Below, one piece after another: positions 1 to 12,861 of a stretch of DNA of 64,000 bases. Position numbers and translations under genes: made by a program. The notes under the pieces were generated by a model. That model ran no database searches. It was not told the origin of the DNA and saw only the letters and a list, made by a program, of their open reading frames with translations. Source of the DNA: Selaginella moellendorffii (Eukaryota; Plantae; Lycopodiophyta); NCBI RefSeq assembly GCF_000143415.4, contig NW_003314293.1, positions 248,001-312,000 of the forward strand. Direction: 5' to 3'. Each line of letters opens with the position of its first letter. Position 1 is the stretch's first letter.

Positions 1-3000
1 TATGGGAAAGCCAAACTTGATCCGGAATGGAGGGAGTGCTGGGAGAACGAGCGCCTCAAAATAAGCCGTTTTGTCGAGGACTGGAACTGGCGCTTGCTAG
101 TGGTTGAAAGACTGATTTTGCGTCCTGAAGAACAACTGTCGTGGAAATCAGCTCTTGGTATTCTTCACTCCGCACCTCTTTCACTTCTAAACATGTAAGT
201 TGCTTGGTTCTTTCTTTCTTTCTTTCTTTTCTTTTGTTTTTTGCTAATCCTTTCCCATTCGGGTCTCTAGGTGCATTTTGAGATCTGAATATGACTTAGC
301 TAAGGATGCAGTCCAGCGGTACTCGCTTACGCTTGAAAATAATGTGCTACTGCATTTGGCTGAATGGCTTCATAATGCTGCTGGGGAAAAAAAGGTACGG
401 GTTCCGCTTTGACACTTTGGCATTTGTACTGAACTTTCCTTCAGGGTCCAGAAGAATTACAACGCTTTACTCGTTCATTGGCGCCAGAGTCAAGTGTAAG
501 CTGATATTTTTTAGATCCACATTCGAGTTTAACGAAATTTCAGTGTGTAACTTGTTTGGATGTTGCTGCAACGCGCACATCATCTATTGAGACCTCCATG
601 CTGCTTTTGGAAGAAGTAAGGGTTGAAACACATTTCTCTGTAATTCACATCTCTTTCCATTTCCAGTCACGATCGTTGGTATCTGAGGCCACACATGAGC
701 AGCATTTCGTACCACTTTTCAAGCGTGTTCTTCAAAGGTTTTACGAGTTGCTGGAACAGGTCGGGCTCTATTTCTTTCGCGTGTTTCGTGTGTAACACTT
801 TGCGTTTTTCAGGGACATAATCAACCCCTTCCTGTTCTTCTCTCTGGCACTAGTGCTTTTTCTGGCTCCGAAAGCCTGCGCCAGGGATCAAAGCAGCGGG
901 CCTTGACCATGTTACATCAGATAATCGAGGATGCACATAATGGGAAAGGCCAGTTCTTAAGTGGTAAGTTCGTTTAATACCTGTTTGAGCTTGTTTAATT
1001 TTCTTGTGTAGGCAAGCTTCACAACCTTGTAAAGGCCTTAGCGGATGAGGAGCACGAGGATCCTGCCTCGAGGCTGTTGTTTTATCGAAAGCAGCAGGAG
1101 AATGGTTTCGCACTTGGTCTGGGATTTCGTCCTTTATTATTGAGGACACATGAAACAGCCGGAAGCACTGACGAGGCCTTACATCAAAGGCCGATAGGAA
1201 GGAGATATTTGGGACCGTTGCTGAACAAGCCTATGGCTTACTTGTCCGCGTTCATCCTCTATGTGGCAACCATTGGAGATATTGTCGACGGTGTGGATAC
1301 AACTCACGACTTCAACTTTTTCTCGCTTTTGTACGAGAGTCCGGGTGATGTAAGAATGTTTCAGAGGATTTCCATTTTAAATTTTCCATGGAATTTATCT
1401 ATTTTGCAGTTGCTAACTCGACTAGCATTTGAGAGGCGCAGCACGGATGGAGCTGCTAAAGTTGCTGAAGTGATGGGAATAGATCTGGTGCATCAAGTAA
1501 TTTCTGCTTGTGTGTCGCCAGTTCTTCCTCCCAGCGCATCAACAATTTCTCAGCACCCATCCCATGAGCTGGACTTGGACACCATTAAGTTCTTGAGTAC
1601 ACTCTCCCCCGTGCGAACTATCCTGGCATGTGTATTTGGTAACAAGGACTCGAAAATTGGAAATGATTTTGCTGTCGAGCAAGCAGAAAGGTATCCTGTA
1701 TTTTGCTAGTCGATGTTTCTCATCCGTTCCTTTGCTCACAGGTTTCCTTCATTGCAAAGATGGATTCAAATGCAAGCGAATTTGCAAACACTTCGTGACT
1801 CATCTATTCTGTCANNNNNNNNNNNNNNNNNNNNNNNNNNNNNNNNNNNNNNNNNNNNNNNNNNNNNNNNNNNNNNNNNNNNNNNNNNNNNNNNNNNNNN
1901 NNNNNNNNNNNNNNNNNNNNNNNNNNNNNNNNNNNNNNNNNNNNNNNNNNNNNNNNCTGAAGGTGCTGTCATCAAAGAACAATCTATTCCTGCTAATCAC
2001 GTTTGGGAAGATGAATATCCATATCACGAGGCTGTGGAGAGGTAAGCGTTTATTTATACTTTTCTTTGACATGTCTTTTCTCCTTTCTGTTTCTTCCAAA
2101 GCTTAATCAAGAATGGGAAGCTTGTAGACGCGTTAACTTTTGCCGATCGATGGCTAAAAGCTGGAGCTCCGGACAAACTCTTGCAACTTCTTATCGAAAG
2201 AGGTGAAGATAGCGTTCCGAGCTCTAGTCATTTGAGCCTCCACCATAACTTGTGGAACAGTAGCTGGCAATACTGTATACGTCTGAAGGACAAACGCCTA
2301 GCAGCGACGCTTGCTCTCAAGTAAGGCATGTAATTTGTGTTGTATATCTGAAACGCCGGCTTGGCGTTTAGGTACTTGCATCGTTGGGAGCTGGATGCGG
2401 CTATCGACGTGTTGACCATGTGTAGCTGCCATTTGCCCACTGATGATGTTCTTTATGAAGAGGTATTAGCAGTTTCGGGTTATTCTATCAACGTTGTGTC
2501 TAAATGCTAGTCTTGCAAAGGTCATTCGGGTTAAAAAGCATCTGCAACAGTACCGCCAAATATTGCGAGAAGACGTCAAGTTTGAGAACTGGCAAGAGGT
2601 TTGCGACATTATACTTCGCGTCTTGTTATGACTGTCTTGCCTTCAGGTTGAGTCCTTATGTGATAGAGATCCCGAGGGCCTAGCTTTGAGGCTTGCTGGC
2701 AAAGGAGCTGTTACTGCAGCGCTAGATATTGCTGAGTCCTTCAAACTTTCAGATGACTTACGGAGGGAGCTCCAAGGTCGGCAGCTAGTGAAGCTACTTA
2801 CAGCAGATCCCATAAGTGGTGGAGGTCCAGCTGAGGCTATCAGGTTTCTCGGTTCACTGAACAACCCCGAGGACGCATTGCCGGTTGCAATGGCTGCGAT
2901 GGAGCAGCTACCAAATTTGCATTCTAAACAGCTTCTGGTAACATTTTGTTGACTTGAACCTTCTTACACTATTAAAATTAAACTACCGCATGCAGGTACA

Positions 3001-6000
3001 CTTTCTTTTGAAACGGCAGATTGGCGTTCTCTCGGAAGAAGAGCACGACAGGATGGATCGACTGGCATTGGGCCTCAAAATGCTTGGTGCACTTCCCTTA
3101 CCTTGGCAACAACGATGCGTAGGCTTACACGAACATCCGCAGCTTATACTAGAGACACTCCTTATGTGGAAGCAATTCCAGGCAGCGTCACAGGTATCCA
3201 ATAATTTTTTGGCTGTATTTTGGTTATAACTATATCGAGTTTTTGCAGCTTTTGAATGCTTTTCCATCGTTGCGCAATGACAAACTCATAATCACATACG
3301 CTTCAAAAGCTGTATATGTTGCACCTGCATCTCCCGAACGGCAAACACATTATCTTCCAATCAAGCCGGCCTCTGGGAACAAAAATGGCAATAACCGAAG
3401 ATTCACCTGGACACCGAGAGACGCGAGGAATAAAATCGATGGTACCCGAAAGAGAAAAAGTACCCTTCCACCATCACAGAAGGCCGCTTGGGAAGCTATG
3501 GCTGGGTATCAGGAGGATAGACCAATTGGACTCGGACCGGAAGGTTATGAGAAGCTTGCACCTCTAACTATGACAGATGGAGTTCTCTCTGGTGATCCTG
3601 TCAAAGACGAAGCCGTTCGTAGCTCTCATAAGTACGACAGTGCACCTAGTTTTGTCTTGTTCAAGGTAGCTATCGCTGGTTGTTTTGTTTTGTTTTTATT
3701 CTCACTAGCGTTCTGTGCAGGCACTTCTGTCTCTTTGTTTTGATCAAGCAAGTGCTGCCAAGTCTGCGGTTGAACTGGCCGTTTCTCAAGTCCAGAGTAT
3801 TCTCAGTGCAGACTGTTTACCAGCTGGAGCGAGCTCGGAAGCAATTGAAAGAGCATTTCATGCAGCGGGAACTTTTGTCCAGGTACCACTTTCTTGGCTT
3901 GTTTCTTCTTCGCCAATCCTTTTTGCAGGTACTACTGGATGCTAGAACTCAGCTTCATAAACTCTTGGGCAACAAAGAAGCACCGAGCCAGGAAAGTCCA
4001 GATACTGTTTCAGAGTCCGGTACTGACAGTCAGTCTGCGACCAGTCTCACGAAACTATTGTCAGAAGCTGACATATGGTTAAACCGGGTGGAACTGCTAC
4101 ACTTTTTACTCGGTTCTGGTGTCACTGCCTCTGTAGGCGATGTGGCAGACGAAACCTCGGCGCTTCTCCTTCGTGACCGTTTGATCCAGGAGGAGCGATA
4201 TGGTATGGCCGTATACACATGCACGAAATGCAAGGTAACTATTTCTCGGTGCTGCTAGCTTTGTGTGAGACCAATACTACTGTTCAGATCGACGTTTTTC
4301 CGGTTTGGGAAGCATGGGGTTACGCACTACTTCGGATAGAACATTATGCGCAAGCCAGGCTAAAGTTCAAGCAAGTATCTTTTTGTTTGACCATCTTATC
4401 ACTCTAACCTGGCAACTTACAGGAAAGCATTTCAATTATACAAGGAAGATTCATCCAAGATTGTTCAGAGAATAGTTGACAATGTGGAGGCATGCCCTGC
4501 TGCTGATGTCCATGCTGCACGTTCTCTGTATGTTGTCATTCTCTCTCGACTTTGTTAACCTGTTTGCCTGCTATAGGTACGTTCACATGGCGAAGAGCGC
4601 TTCAAGCTCATCGGATGACTCGCTTTCCGCAGACTCATATTTGAACGTTCTTTACATACCAACATTCACAAGAGCTGATCGATCCAGGAGGACTACGGAA
4701 GAGGCGTCAGAGCGACTTTCTTATTTTAATGCGGACGAGATTTCGGTTCCTTTGAGCAACTTGGATAATGTCCGTTTCGAGGAATGCAAGTACTACTTGG
4801 ACGAGGTAACTATTTCGATTTACCAGCTGGTAGATAATCAACTGTGGCTGGTTGGGCAGTATGGTCGTTCGCTGCTTCTTGGCTTCATGTTTCGACATGG
4901 TCGTTATCGTGAAGCTTGTTCGCTATTCTTCCCTGTGGGTACTCTTCCTCCAATTCCTGCAAACTTATCATCTGGAAGCGTCACAAGCTTGACAACAGAA
5001 TATGGAACAGTGGACGATTTATGTGACTTATGTGTTGGATACGGAGCTATCCCGATTTTGGAGCATGTGATAGAGACTCGGATTTCTCCTGCTAGCAGCG
5101 AAGATACTCAAGTTTCGCAACATACATTTGCAGCACTGACTCGCATATGCTTTTATTTCGAGACACACCGGCATTTCAACCATCTTTACCGGTTCCAGGT
5201 ACCGGTTTCCTGCATGGTTGAACTTAAACTAAGGGGGATGGTTGTGCAGGTTTTGAAGAAAGACTACATTGCAGCCGGTTTGTGCTGCATCCAGCTCTTT
5301 TTAAACTCTGCAACACAAGACCAAGCTCTTCGAAATCTTGAGCGTGCTAAGGTACGCTTCTTCATCAATGGTTTGTGAATGATTGTGAGCTTATTTGAAT
5401 GACAGGGTCATTTTGAGGAAGGGCTCCTTGCTCGTCAGCAAGCGATTGAGAACGTGAAGTCGGCGGCAAAGGCTTCTCGTGGAAAGAGTCCATCTGAAAA
5501 GCTGACTGACGAGGACTTGATAAAATTTTCTGCACGTTTGTCTGTTCAGGTACTGGCTCTTCTGAAACTTCGCGTGGGCCTGACGCTTATTTCATCTTGT
5601 TTTTCAGATGGAAGTGGTGAAATGCTTCAGCGACGCGGACGGCCCTCCATGGAAACGCTCTCTGTTTGGAAATCCTAATGACAACGATACTTTCAAGTGC
5701 GTATTTCCTTTTACCTCGCGTAGTTTCTCACGAGTGTTCATCGCGCTCCAGACGAAGGTGCGAAGTGGCTGAGGCGCTTGTGGAGAAAAACTTTGACTTG
5801 GCATTTCAAATAATCTATGACTTCGGACTTCCTGGTGAGTAATCACTCTTTCAAAAGTCGTGCATACCATTGTCTGGCGTTCTGTTTGCAGCTGTCTACA
5901 TATATGCTGGTGTAGCTGCTGCGTTGGCAGAGAAACGCAAGTACAATAACTTGGTAGATCTGCTACGAAACATCAAAGGAACGATCGACAACGAGGACCT

Positions 6001-6424
6001 CGACCAGGTTATTATTTCGAAGGAGGTGCTTTGCAGCTAACGCTTTTATAACGTTCCAGATAATTGGAGCGGCCATTTCGGTCTATGCCAACAGGCACCG
6101 TGAGAGGCCCGACAGGCTTATTGAGATGTTGTCGAGTACTCACAGGTGCGTGGCGAGCTCTTTTGCTTTCCTTTTTGGTTAAACATTTGCCCCTGTGCAG
6201 GAAAGTTTTGGCGTGTGTCATGTGTGGACGTTTGAAAACGGCATTCCAGATCGCCTCTCGCAGCAACAACATTGGAGATGTTGAATGGGTTCGGCAACAG
6301 GTAAGCAAGCAAGACACTTGCATGCCATGTTTTATCTTCTGTCTTCTTTTCTTTCCAGGCTCGAATGACTGGCGCATTGCCAGTCGAAGACATGTGCAAG
6401 CAGTGGCTTGCGCGTGCATCCTGA
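1..6424 (+). CDS. SPG15: Spastizin/ZFYVE26 (SPG15) homolog, multi-exon, 5' end outside the window
   Basis: Many short GT-AG introns join exons reading ELQGRQLVKLLTADPISGGGPAEA, DSLSADSYLNVLY, CFYFETHRHFNHLYRFQ, KVLACVMCGRLKTAFQIASRS and terminal ARMTGALPVEDMCKQWLARAS* (TGA 6422-6424). These match my recollection of plant ZFYVE26-like proteins. An assembly gap lies inside the gene. Confidence 0.85.
1815..1957. other. Assembly gap (N run)
   Basis: Run of n characters. Confidence 1.
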
Positions 6425-7238
6425 TCATCAGTTTGGCTTTTGTAAGTTTTGGCATGTATCATATCGACACCGGTTTGTAAATTCGACACACAATACTCTC
6501 AATACGCTTTTTCTTTACGAACCTGCAGGGTATAAAAGAGGTCTAACTATAGCTCAAAGCCTCAAAATCTCTATCATAGAGCCTCCACGAAGTCCATGAA
6601 CATGGCGGTCTGGTTCTTTTTTAGTTTAACCTGTGGATCTTTGGCACAAGCAGGCTGACAGCAGCGCTCTTAATTTTTTACTTGTTACACGACGCATGGC
6701 TCGCTCGCTGGACTGGCAAGATTTTGAGGATCTCCACAGTAAGTACAGTAAGTTCTAGTGGCACTTGAGATTTTTAGAGAAGAGAAATCGGTATCGCTAC
6801 AGTTTCGATTTACATAGACATTTCTTTTCACGTTTGGCAGATGATCATCTTCGCCTCTTTGAATTTTCGGAGAAGAGACGGGTCGGACACCATTGCGACG
6901 AAAAAGGTTCTTCAACACTCTTCTACTTCTCTTATTTTTTGCTTTTATTTTTATTTTTATTTTTTTGGAACTACCGGTCAATCTATTTCTTACAGGTCAA
7001 AAAACGAATCAAAGAACGAGGAGAAGACAACCATATGTTTTATGTCCGCAGAGCATCTCCATCCGAAGCACTGCAGCGATGGAAACTTGCTATGGTGGTC
7101 AACAATTCGCAGCTAAGCTTTTCCAGTATATAATCAACCCATACTTCTCTCTGGAATGCCAGGGCTTTTCTCTCCAAAGAGGAAAGAAAGAAACCAAGAT
7201 CTCTCGAGCTCTCCATTAGTACACCTTTCAAAGAAGAA

Positions 7239-7817
7239 ATGGATCATAGAAGTTCTTGCAAAACTCTCTTCTGTGAGATCATCCTCGTCGCTCTCGCTCT
7301 CTTGATCCTCCCCGCTCGCGCCGCTCATCACTCCTCCAGTCCCAAATCGCCCAAGAGGCCCTCCACGTACAAGTTCTTCTGGCACGACACCCTCCAAAAC
7401 ACGACGCATCCATGGACGAACACCGCCGCGGAGGTGGCCGGCCCAAACCACAACATCACCGGCCTGGGATTCGGCAAAGTCATCGTCTTCAACGATTCGC
7501 TCACGCTGGCGCCAGCGCTGGAATCCAAGCTCCTGGGCCGCGGCCAGGGCGTCTACATCTACGATCGCACCCAGGCCGGGATCGCCTTCAACGCGCTGCT
7601 CCTCTTCTCGGCGGTGATCGAGAACGAGGAGTACAATGGCACGCTCAACTTCATGGGAGCGGATCTTATCCTGGCGCCCAGCAGGGACATCTCGGTGGTG
7701 GGCGGCACTGGCGACTTTGAGATGGCGCGCGGGATCGCGAACCTCATCACGCATTCCATCGATGGCGATACGTTCATCGTCAATGTCACCAGTAGATTGT
7801 ACTACCCAAACTATTGA
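7239..7817 (+). CDS. DIR: Dirigent protein (secreted, single exon)
   Basis: Hydrophobic signal peptide and dirigent motifs FFWHD, FGKVIVFNDSLT, LLGRGQGVY, RDISVVGGTGDFEMARG; several N-glycosylation sequons. Confidence 0.93.
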   Translation: MDHRSSCKTLFCEIILVALALLILPARAAHHSSSPKSPKRPSTYKFFWHDTLQNTTHPWTNTAAEVAGPNHNITGLGFGKVIVFNDSLTLAPALESKLLGRGQGVYIYDRTQAGIAFNALLLFSAVIENEEYNGTLNFMGADLILAPSRDISVVGGTGDFEMARGIANLITHSIDGDTFIVNVTSRLYYPNY

Positions 7818-7836
7818 TTGATCGATGCTGCGCACC

Positions 7837-8180
7837 TGGATCATCTTTTTCTTTGTGGACCAACAATAAGAGAATTCCGTACGGCTTTACTTGAAGAGAT
7901 TGAAAAAGGTGGCATGGGCCTGGCACTATACTTTTAAAGTTTGCCTTCTCTCGCAAGAACCCTATAATTAGCTTGCCAGCGAGGCTATCTTGATCTATGT
8001 GTGAGAAATCCATTTAAGTTTTGTTCTTGGTTTCTCAAGACTTGGATTATCTTTTTCTTTGTGGAAGATAGATTGATCGAGATGCTTGGATCATCTTTTT
8101 CTTTGTGGAAAAATTGATGGTGGCGTACACAAATAAGAAGAAGAGATTCCCCTGCCTTTATTCGAAAGAGTGATTGAGTT
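7837..8180. repeat. Degenerate local direct repeats downstream of the dirigent gene
   Basis: tggatcatctttttctttgtgga recurs at about 7837, 8043 and 8087; the sequence following the first and third copies is also similar. Confidence 0.6.
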
Positions 8181-8429
8181 GACCATTCTAAAGTTTCTCT
8201 TCTCGGATTTTTAGAGTTTTTCACGAATAGTTCTTACGTTAGACCCTTTTCTTGATACTTACGAAAACCCTAAAATTAACTTTAATCTTTGTCGAGGGAT
8301 ATGCTTGGCCTAAATGCCACTTCATCGGTTCTTCTTTAAACCCTAAACTCCTGTGCTAGGGAGGGGAGAAAGAGCTTGCGGCGAGGTATGTGATCTTAGA
8401 GCAGCGAGGAGGATTTTCTAGAGAGGATC

Positions 8430-10285
8430 ATGGCGGAGGAGGAGGCTTTCAGTGACGCGCTCGCCTTCCCGGATGAGCCCCGCAAAGAGATGAGTAGCGG
8501 GCGGAATGGGAGCTTGAGGAACAGGAAGAAATGCAAGGATCGTTCGCTGGACTGGCAACGCGAGGAAGAAGCTGCTCTAGAAAAGGGGGAAAACGGGAGC
8601 CATAGCCTTACAGGAGGAGAAGAGGATAGTCACTCGGAGATAAGCGAAATCGAGCAGGCTTCCGACGATGAAATCGTCCAGCCAGAGCGAGATTCGCGAC
8701 GAGAAAGCTTGGACGGGATCGGCGAGCTCGAGCAAGTTCCCAGGCATGACACCGACGAGACGAGCTCCACAGAGACATTAGATGAAGTTGATGGAGGAGA
8801 AAGCCACCACCCCGAGGTGAGCTTAGAACCGAGCGAAAGAGACTCGCTCGAGCAGGTTCCAACGCTTGACACGGACGAAACGAGCTTCACAGATCGACTA
8901 AGAGCTCTTCGTCAAGCTGGAAGTGACCACCAGTCGGAGATAACCGCAGAAGTGATTGGAAGCGAAGAACTCGAGCAAGTTTCCAAGCGCGACGCCGGGA
9001 TTTTTTACGACGTTATCCGGCCAGTTTTCATGGATTCAGCAGAAGAAGCTGGCGAGAAGCCTCAAGCAGCGAGGCGAGAAGTTTACAAGATGCCGGACAG
9101 TGTCGACAATGGCAACGAGAGCAGTCTCATCTTCTGGCCAGCGAATTTCATCATTCTTGCCGTGGCCTGGCAGCTCAAGGTCATCTTCCTTGCGTGCACC
9201 ACTGCCGTCTCCACCCTCGGGTTGCTCTATGCCTTCGTCCTCGACCCGGTACAAATTACCAGCGCTGCGGGAAAGAACCTCTCGGAGCTTTTCAACTCTC
9301 GCGTCAAGCCACTCGCGTCGGACTTCGCTCCACGGCTCGCCAGCTTCGTCCAGAGATTTGGATGGGGAGTTTTAGCGGTGACTTACGCCCTGCTCATGCT
9401 CGCCTTCCTCGTCCTGCCCGTGCTACTCGTCGAGTACTTCTACGTGACCAAGTTCGTGGAGGTGCCTCTCGACGTCAAGGCTCCGCTCTACTTCAACTAC
9501 ACCGAGGCTCGCCCCAGCGCATACTTTAGATTCATCTCCGAGGCCGGGACTGGCGAAGAGCTTTCACGGTGGCCGCCAGCATTCTCCTGGGATAAGCTCC
9601 GCGTCGGGGTGTCGTTAACTCTCCCAGAGTCAGATTATAACCGGCAACTTGGAATGTTCCAGGTGAGAACTCACTCTCTTTTCTTCCTTGCTTTGCTTTC
9701 ATTTTCTTTGTTCGACTTCAAGCATGTCCTTTTTCCGTGAAGGTGGCAGCGGAGATACTCTCAGCGCGGAACGAAGTCGTCGTCAGATCCAGTCGCCCGT
9801 GCATGCTCCGCTTTCAAAGCGTCCCGATACGCTACGCAAGGACGCTCATCTACTCAGTGCCGGTCCTTCTCGACGTGGCCGGGGAGTACCAAATCCTGGA
9901 GCTGGAAATGATAAACCTGAGACGACCGCGCGCGAGTCCCGTGCACGTCGCCAGCGTGAAAGTTTTGCTGGAGCCGAGAGCTGGATTCGGGCCGGGATCT
10001 GGTCTTCCGGAGCTCTACGCGTCGGAGATCCAGATCCGTGCCGACCTGCCGTGGAAAAAGTCGCTGGTTTACAAGTGGAGGAGGACACTCTACGTGTGGA
10101 GCGCGACGGTGCTGTTCGTGACCGAGCTTGGCATCGTCCTGTGCTGCTTCCGCCAGCTGCTCATCCCGAAGAAAACGAGGCAGCGCCAACTCCAGCACAA
10201 CAATTCTTTGGATCCGCCCTCCACTACAGCGTCCCGAAGAGCGAGAAGTCAAGTGAAGAAGCGCGTTTCGTTCCAGGAAAACTAG
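8430..10285 (+). CDS. SEIPIN: Seipin (long acidic N-terminus, SEIPIN2/3 type); exons 8430-9662 and 9743-10285
   Basis: TM segment, then PLYFNY, LTLPESDYNRQLGMFQ|VAAEILS, SSRPCMLRF, LPELYASEIQI, WRRTLYVW and a second TM; 80-nt GT-AG intron. Confidence 0.92.
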
Positions 10286-11677
10286 ACTTTCCAGGTATGG
10301 TTTCGCCTTAAACTTCTCTTTTCTTGCACTTATTTTCCAGCTTTGTATGACACGATCCAGGTGATATACAATCTTTCTCTCGGGTCTGCCTTATAGTAGG
10401 ACCGGTCACGAGCAACGATCGGTACGTTTTTTTATATGCTACGAGAGGGAAAATTTATACCATTGAAGAAGCGAGAGAGATGCGGGAGCATCGACGTCAG
10501 GATGCATTTACGAGGGTGATGCTGATGTCTGGAGATCACAAAGAGCAAAAGCACGGAGAGGCGAAAAAATAATGGGCGAAACAACGATCTCGCCATGGAC
10601 TTTGTGAGTGATTACTTCCATTCATTCCACTTTTGTTCTAACTCTCTCTGTTCTTCCACTCCAGGAACGCGAAAGTAGGAGGCCGAGCACCGAAAGAAAG
10701 GAAAAACTTCGCGATCAGTTACAACCGCATCCCCTTAAGTCGTCTGCAAGCTCTGGACAAATTCTGGGTGGTCTTGGCGGGATTTGCAGCATTTCCTTTC
10801 GCTCATCCCGGCCGTCGAATCCATCCGACGGCAGCCAGCAGAGCACACTTGTCCTATAGAGAAGGTGCTGTAAGGTTTTTTTTGTTTTGTTTTTGTTTTT
10901 GTGAATTTTTTTTTTTTCGTGTTTACGTGCTTGCTCTGCAGACATGGTTGGTGCCATTGCTGCCTAGCAAGTTGTTCGCCGGTCACCTCAAGAACAGGCT
11001 TTTGCTCGCTCCTTTTCTCGGCTCTTCCGACTTTATTCTAAGTGGAAGAACACTTTGATCCGGAAGCGCGAGTAATCTAATCGCTAGCTCCAATGCTGCC
11101 GCGGAGTTTTCTATCGATCCATCGCGAGAGAGGTGTGTTTGGCGCTTTCGATAGCTCACGTCTGGCTAGAGTTTTTTTTGGAGATCATGGATAGAATTCA
11201 CAAGAGTGTTATTTACCTGTGGAATGGAGAGTACAAATTTTTCTTTTCTTTACACGAGAGCGAGGAGGAGAAACACAAATGCTGCACGCTCGAGAGAATC
11301 GAGAGTGTTATTTGGAGGGCGCTATCCTCTGATCGAGAGAACCAAGCGATAGAACCAAAAAGAAAACGTTGACAACGAGAAAACGAGAAAAGGGGAAAAA
11401 ACTGCTCACAACTTCCACAAACCTGGGGAAAATGCTGCCTCGCCTACAAACAATCTTATGGAGGAATCGAGATCGCCAAATGGAAGGAGGAGGAAGGAAT
11501 CCAGCGGAAGGAAAGCGAAGAAGTCCAAGGAAGAACGACGAAGAACTCTTCTCCTCCCCGCTTTTGTGCTGCTGCTACTTATACTAGACCAGTGAAAAGA
11601 ATAAAAATCCCTCCTTTCGCTCCAATCCACCCCTCCCCATTCCATTTGGGCGATTCCCTCTTCTCCCATGCTCCAAT

Positions 11678-11917
11678 CTAGTAGGTCTTGTATGGATCCT
11701 CTGCGAGGAGCTGCCTGGTGGTGGCATCCATCTTCAATCCCAGATCCATGACGCCCTGCTGCTCCGCGAGGGAGAGATCATCCATCTCCATCGCCGAAGA
11801 CATGGCCCCTGCTCCAATTCGTGCTCCCTGCGCTGCCATGGGCATCGCCGCCGCGATGACAATGCCAATCAGCAGCACCAGCGCTGCGATCTTCCTGAGA
11901 ATCGCCTGCAATGCCAT
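11678..11917 (-). CDS. 79-aa secreted pre-propeptide (signal peptide, pro-region, RQLL site, short C-terminal peptide AEDPYKTY)
   Basis: MALQAILRKIAALVLLIGIVIAAAMPMAAQGA is a signal peptide; GC-rich coding-like sequence; CT-repeat 5' region; no family recognised. Confidence 0.65.
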   Translation of the reverse strand: MALQAILRKIAALVLLIGIVIAAAMPMAAQGARIGAGAMSSAMEMDDLSLAEQQGVMDLGLKMDATTRQLLAEDPYKTY

Positions 11918-12861
11918 CGCGCCGAAGAGATTTCGCTGCGGGCTGGAAAGAAATTCTTCCCTCACTCTCTCGCGCAGAGCTCTCTCTCTCTCTCTCCCTG
12001 GCGAAATAGGGTAAGCCCAGGGCCGGGTATTTATCTTCTGCAATTACTCCACGTCGAAGAAGTTACCCAGTCCCTCCCTGGGCCGGGGATTTTCTTCACA
12101 CACGCTGAGACACGCTCTTTGTTTTTACGTGGGGTAAGTCGCGAATTGGGCCAGCTGTCAGAGTCTCCTACTGTAACGTAGTTATGTGTAACTACCATTT
12201 TAGGTCATCTTTTTTACGTTACATTCCACGGAATATTCCCCTGCATGACGACGGCTGATCTCAGCCGTGGGTTCCTTAGCGTACGGCAGGCGTACGAAGG
12301 GGATATTCTTGGAGCATATGCTGATCCCACGGCGGTCGCTGTGATGGAGATGGTTGTTGCGCCGGCTACGTGCCACGATGGGAACGACGCAACAACGCAA
12401 AGTTTTAATTTTTGTGCGACAACGTGAAGTTCTTTTTTATTTTTTGGTACTTAGTTCTTTTCTATTTGGAGTTCTTTTCTTTGGGTTTTTTTTCGCCACA
12501 ACGTGTTTCCAAGGGGGACAGCAATGCTTAACTTCGTGTTTATGGACGAGCTTGGGAATTCTGTGTTGGCCTTTTCTTGGGTGTGTGGAGGGTTGGGCCT
12601 TGTCATAATGAGCTGATTGTGATTTCTTTGGTTGAGACGTGTGTTTGGAGACCTGGCGGTGGTACAAGGAACCCTAAAAAATTCCCGGGATCTTGGAGCT
12701 TTCTAGAAACTTTTGGATGGACCCCAAAGGACCAATTCAAAGCTCTCCACTTTTTTTAATTCGTAGAAACCCTAAGAGGAGGAACCCTAGCATTTGCATT
12801 TTTACTATCCTACATTTGATCAGGCTCTCTGCAGGGAATGTCATGAGCTACCATCGATCAG

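Noticed and set aside
6600-7230. Possible small minus-strand gene between SPG15 and the dirigent gene
   Set aside because: Exon-like patches but no consistent spliced frame or known motif.
10715-11060. Possible spliced Cys-rich (EPF-like) peptide on the minus strand
   Set aside because: Upstream in-frame stop, no signal peptide, Cys spacing does not fit.
12245-12427. 60-aa ORF and small palindrome acggctgatctcagccgt
   Set aside because: No recognisable domain; hairpin too short for a miRNA precursor and no Helitron CTRR end.
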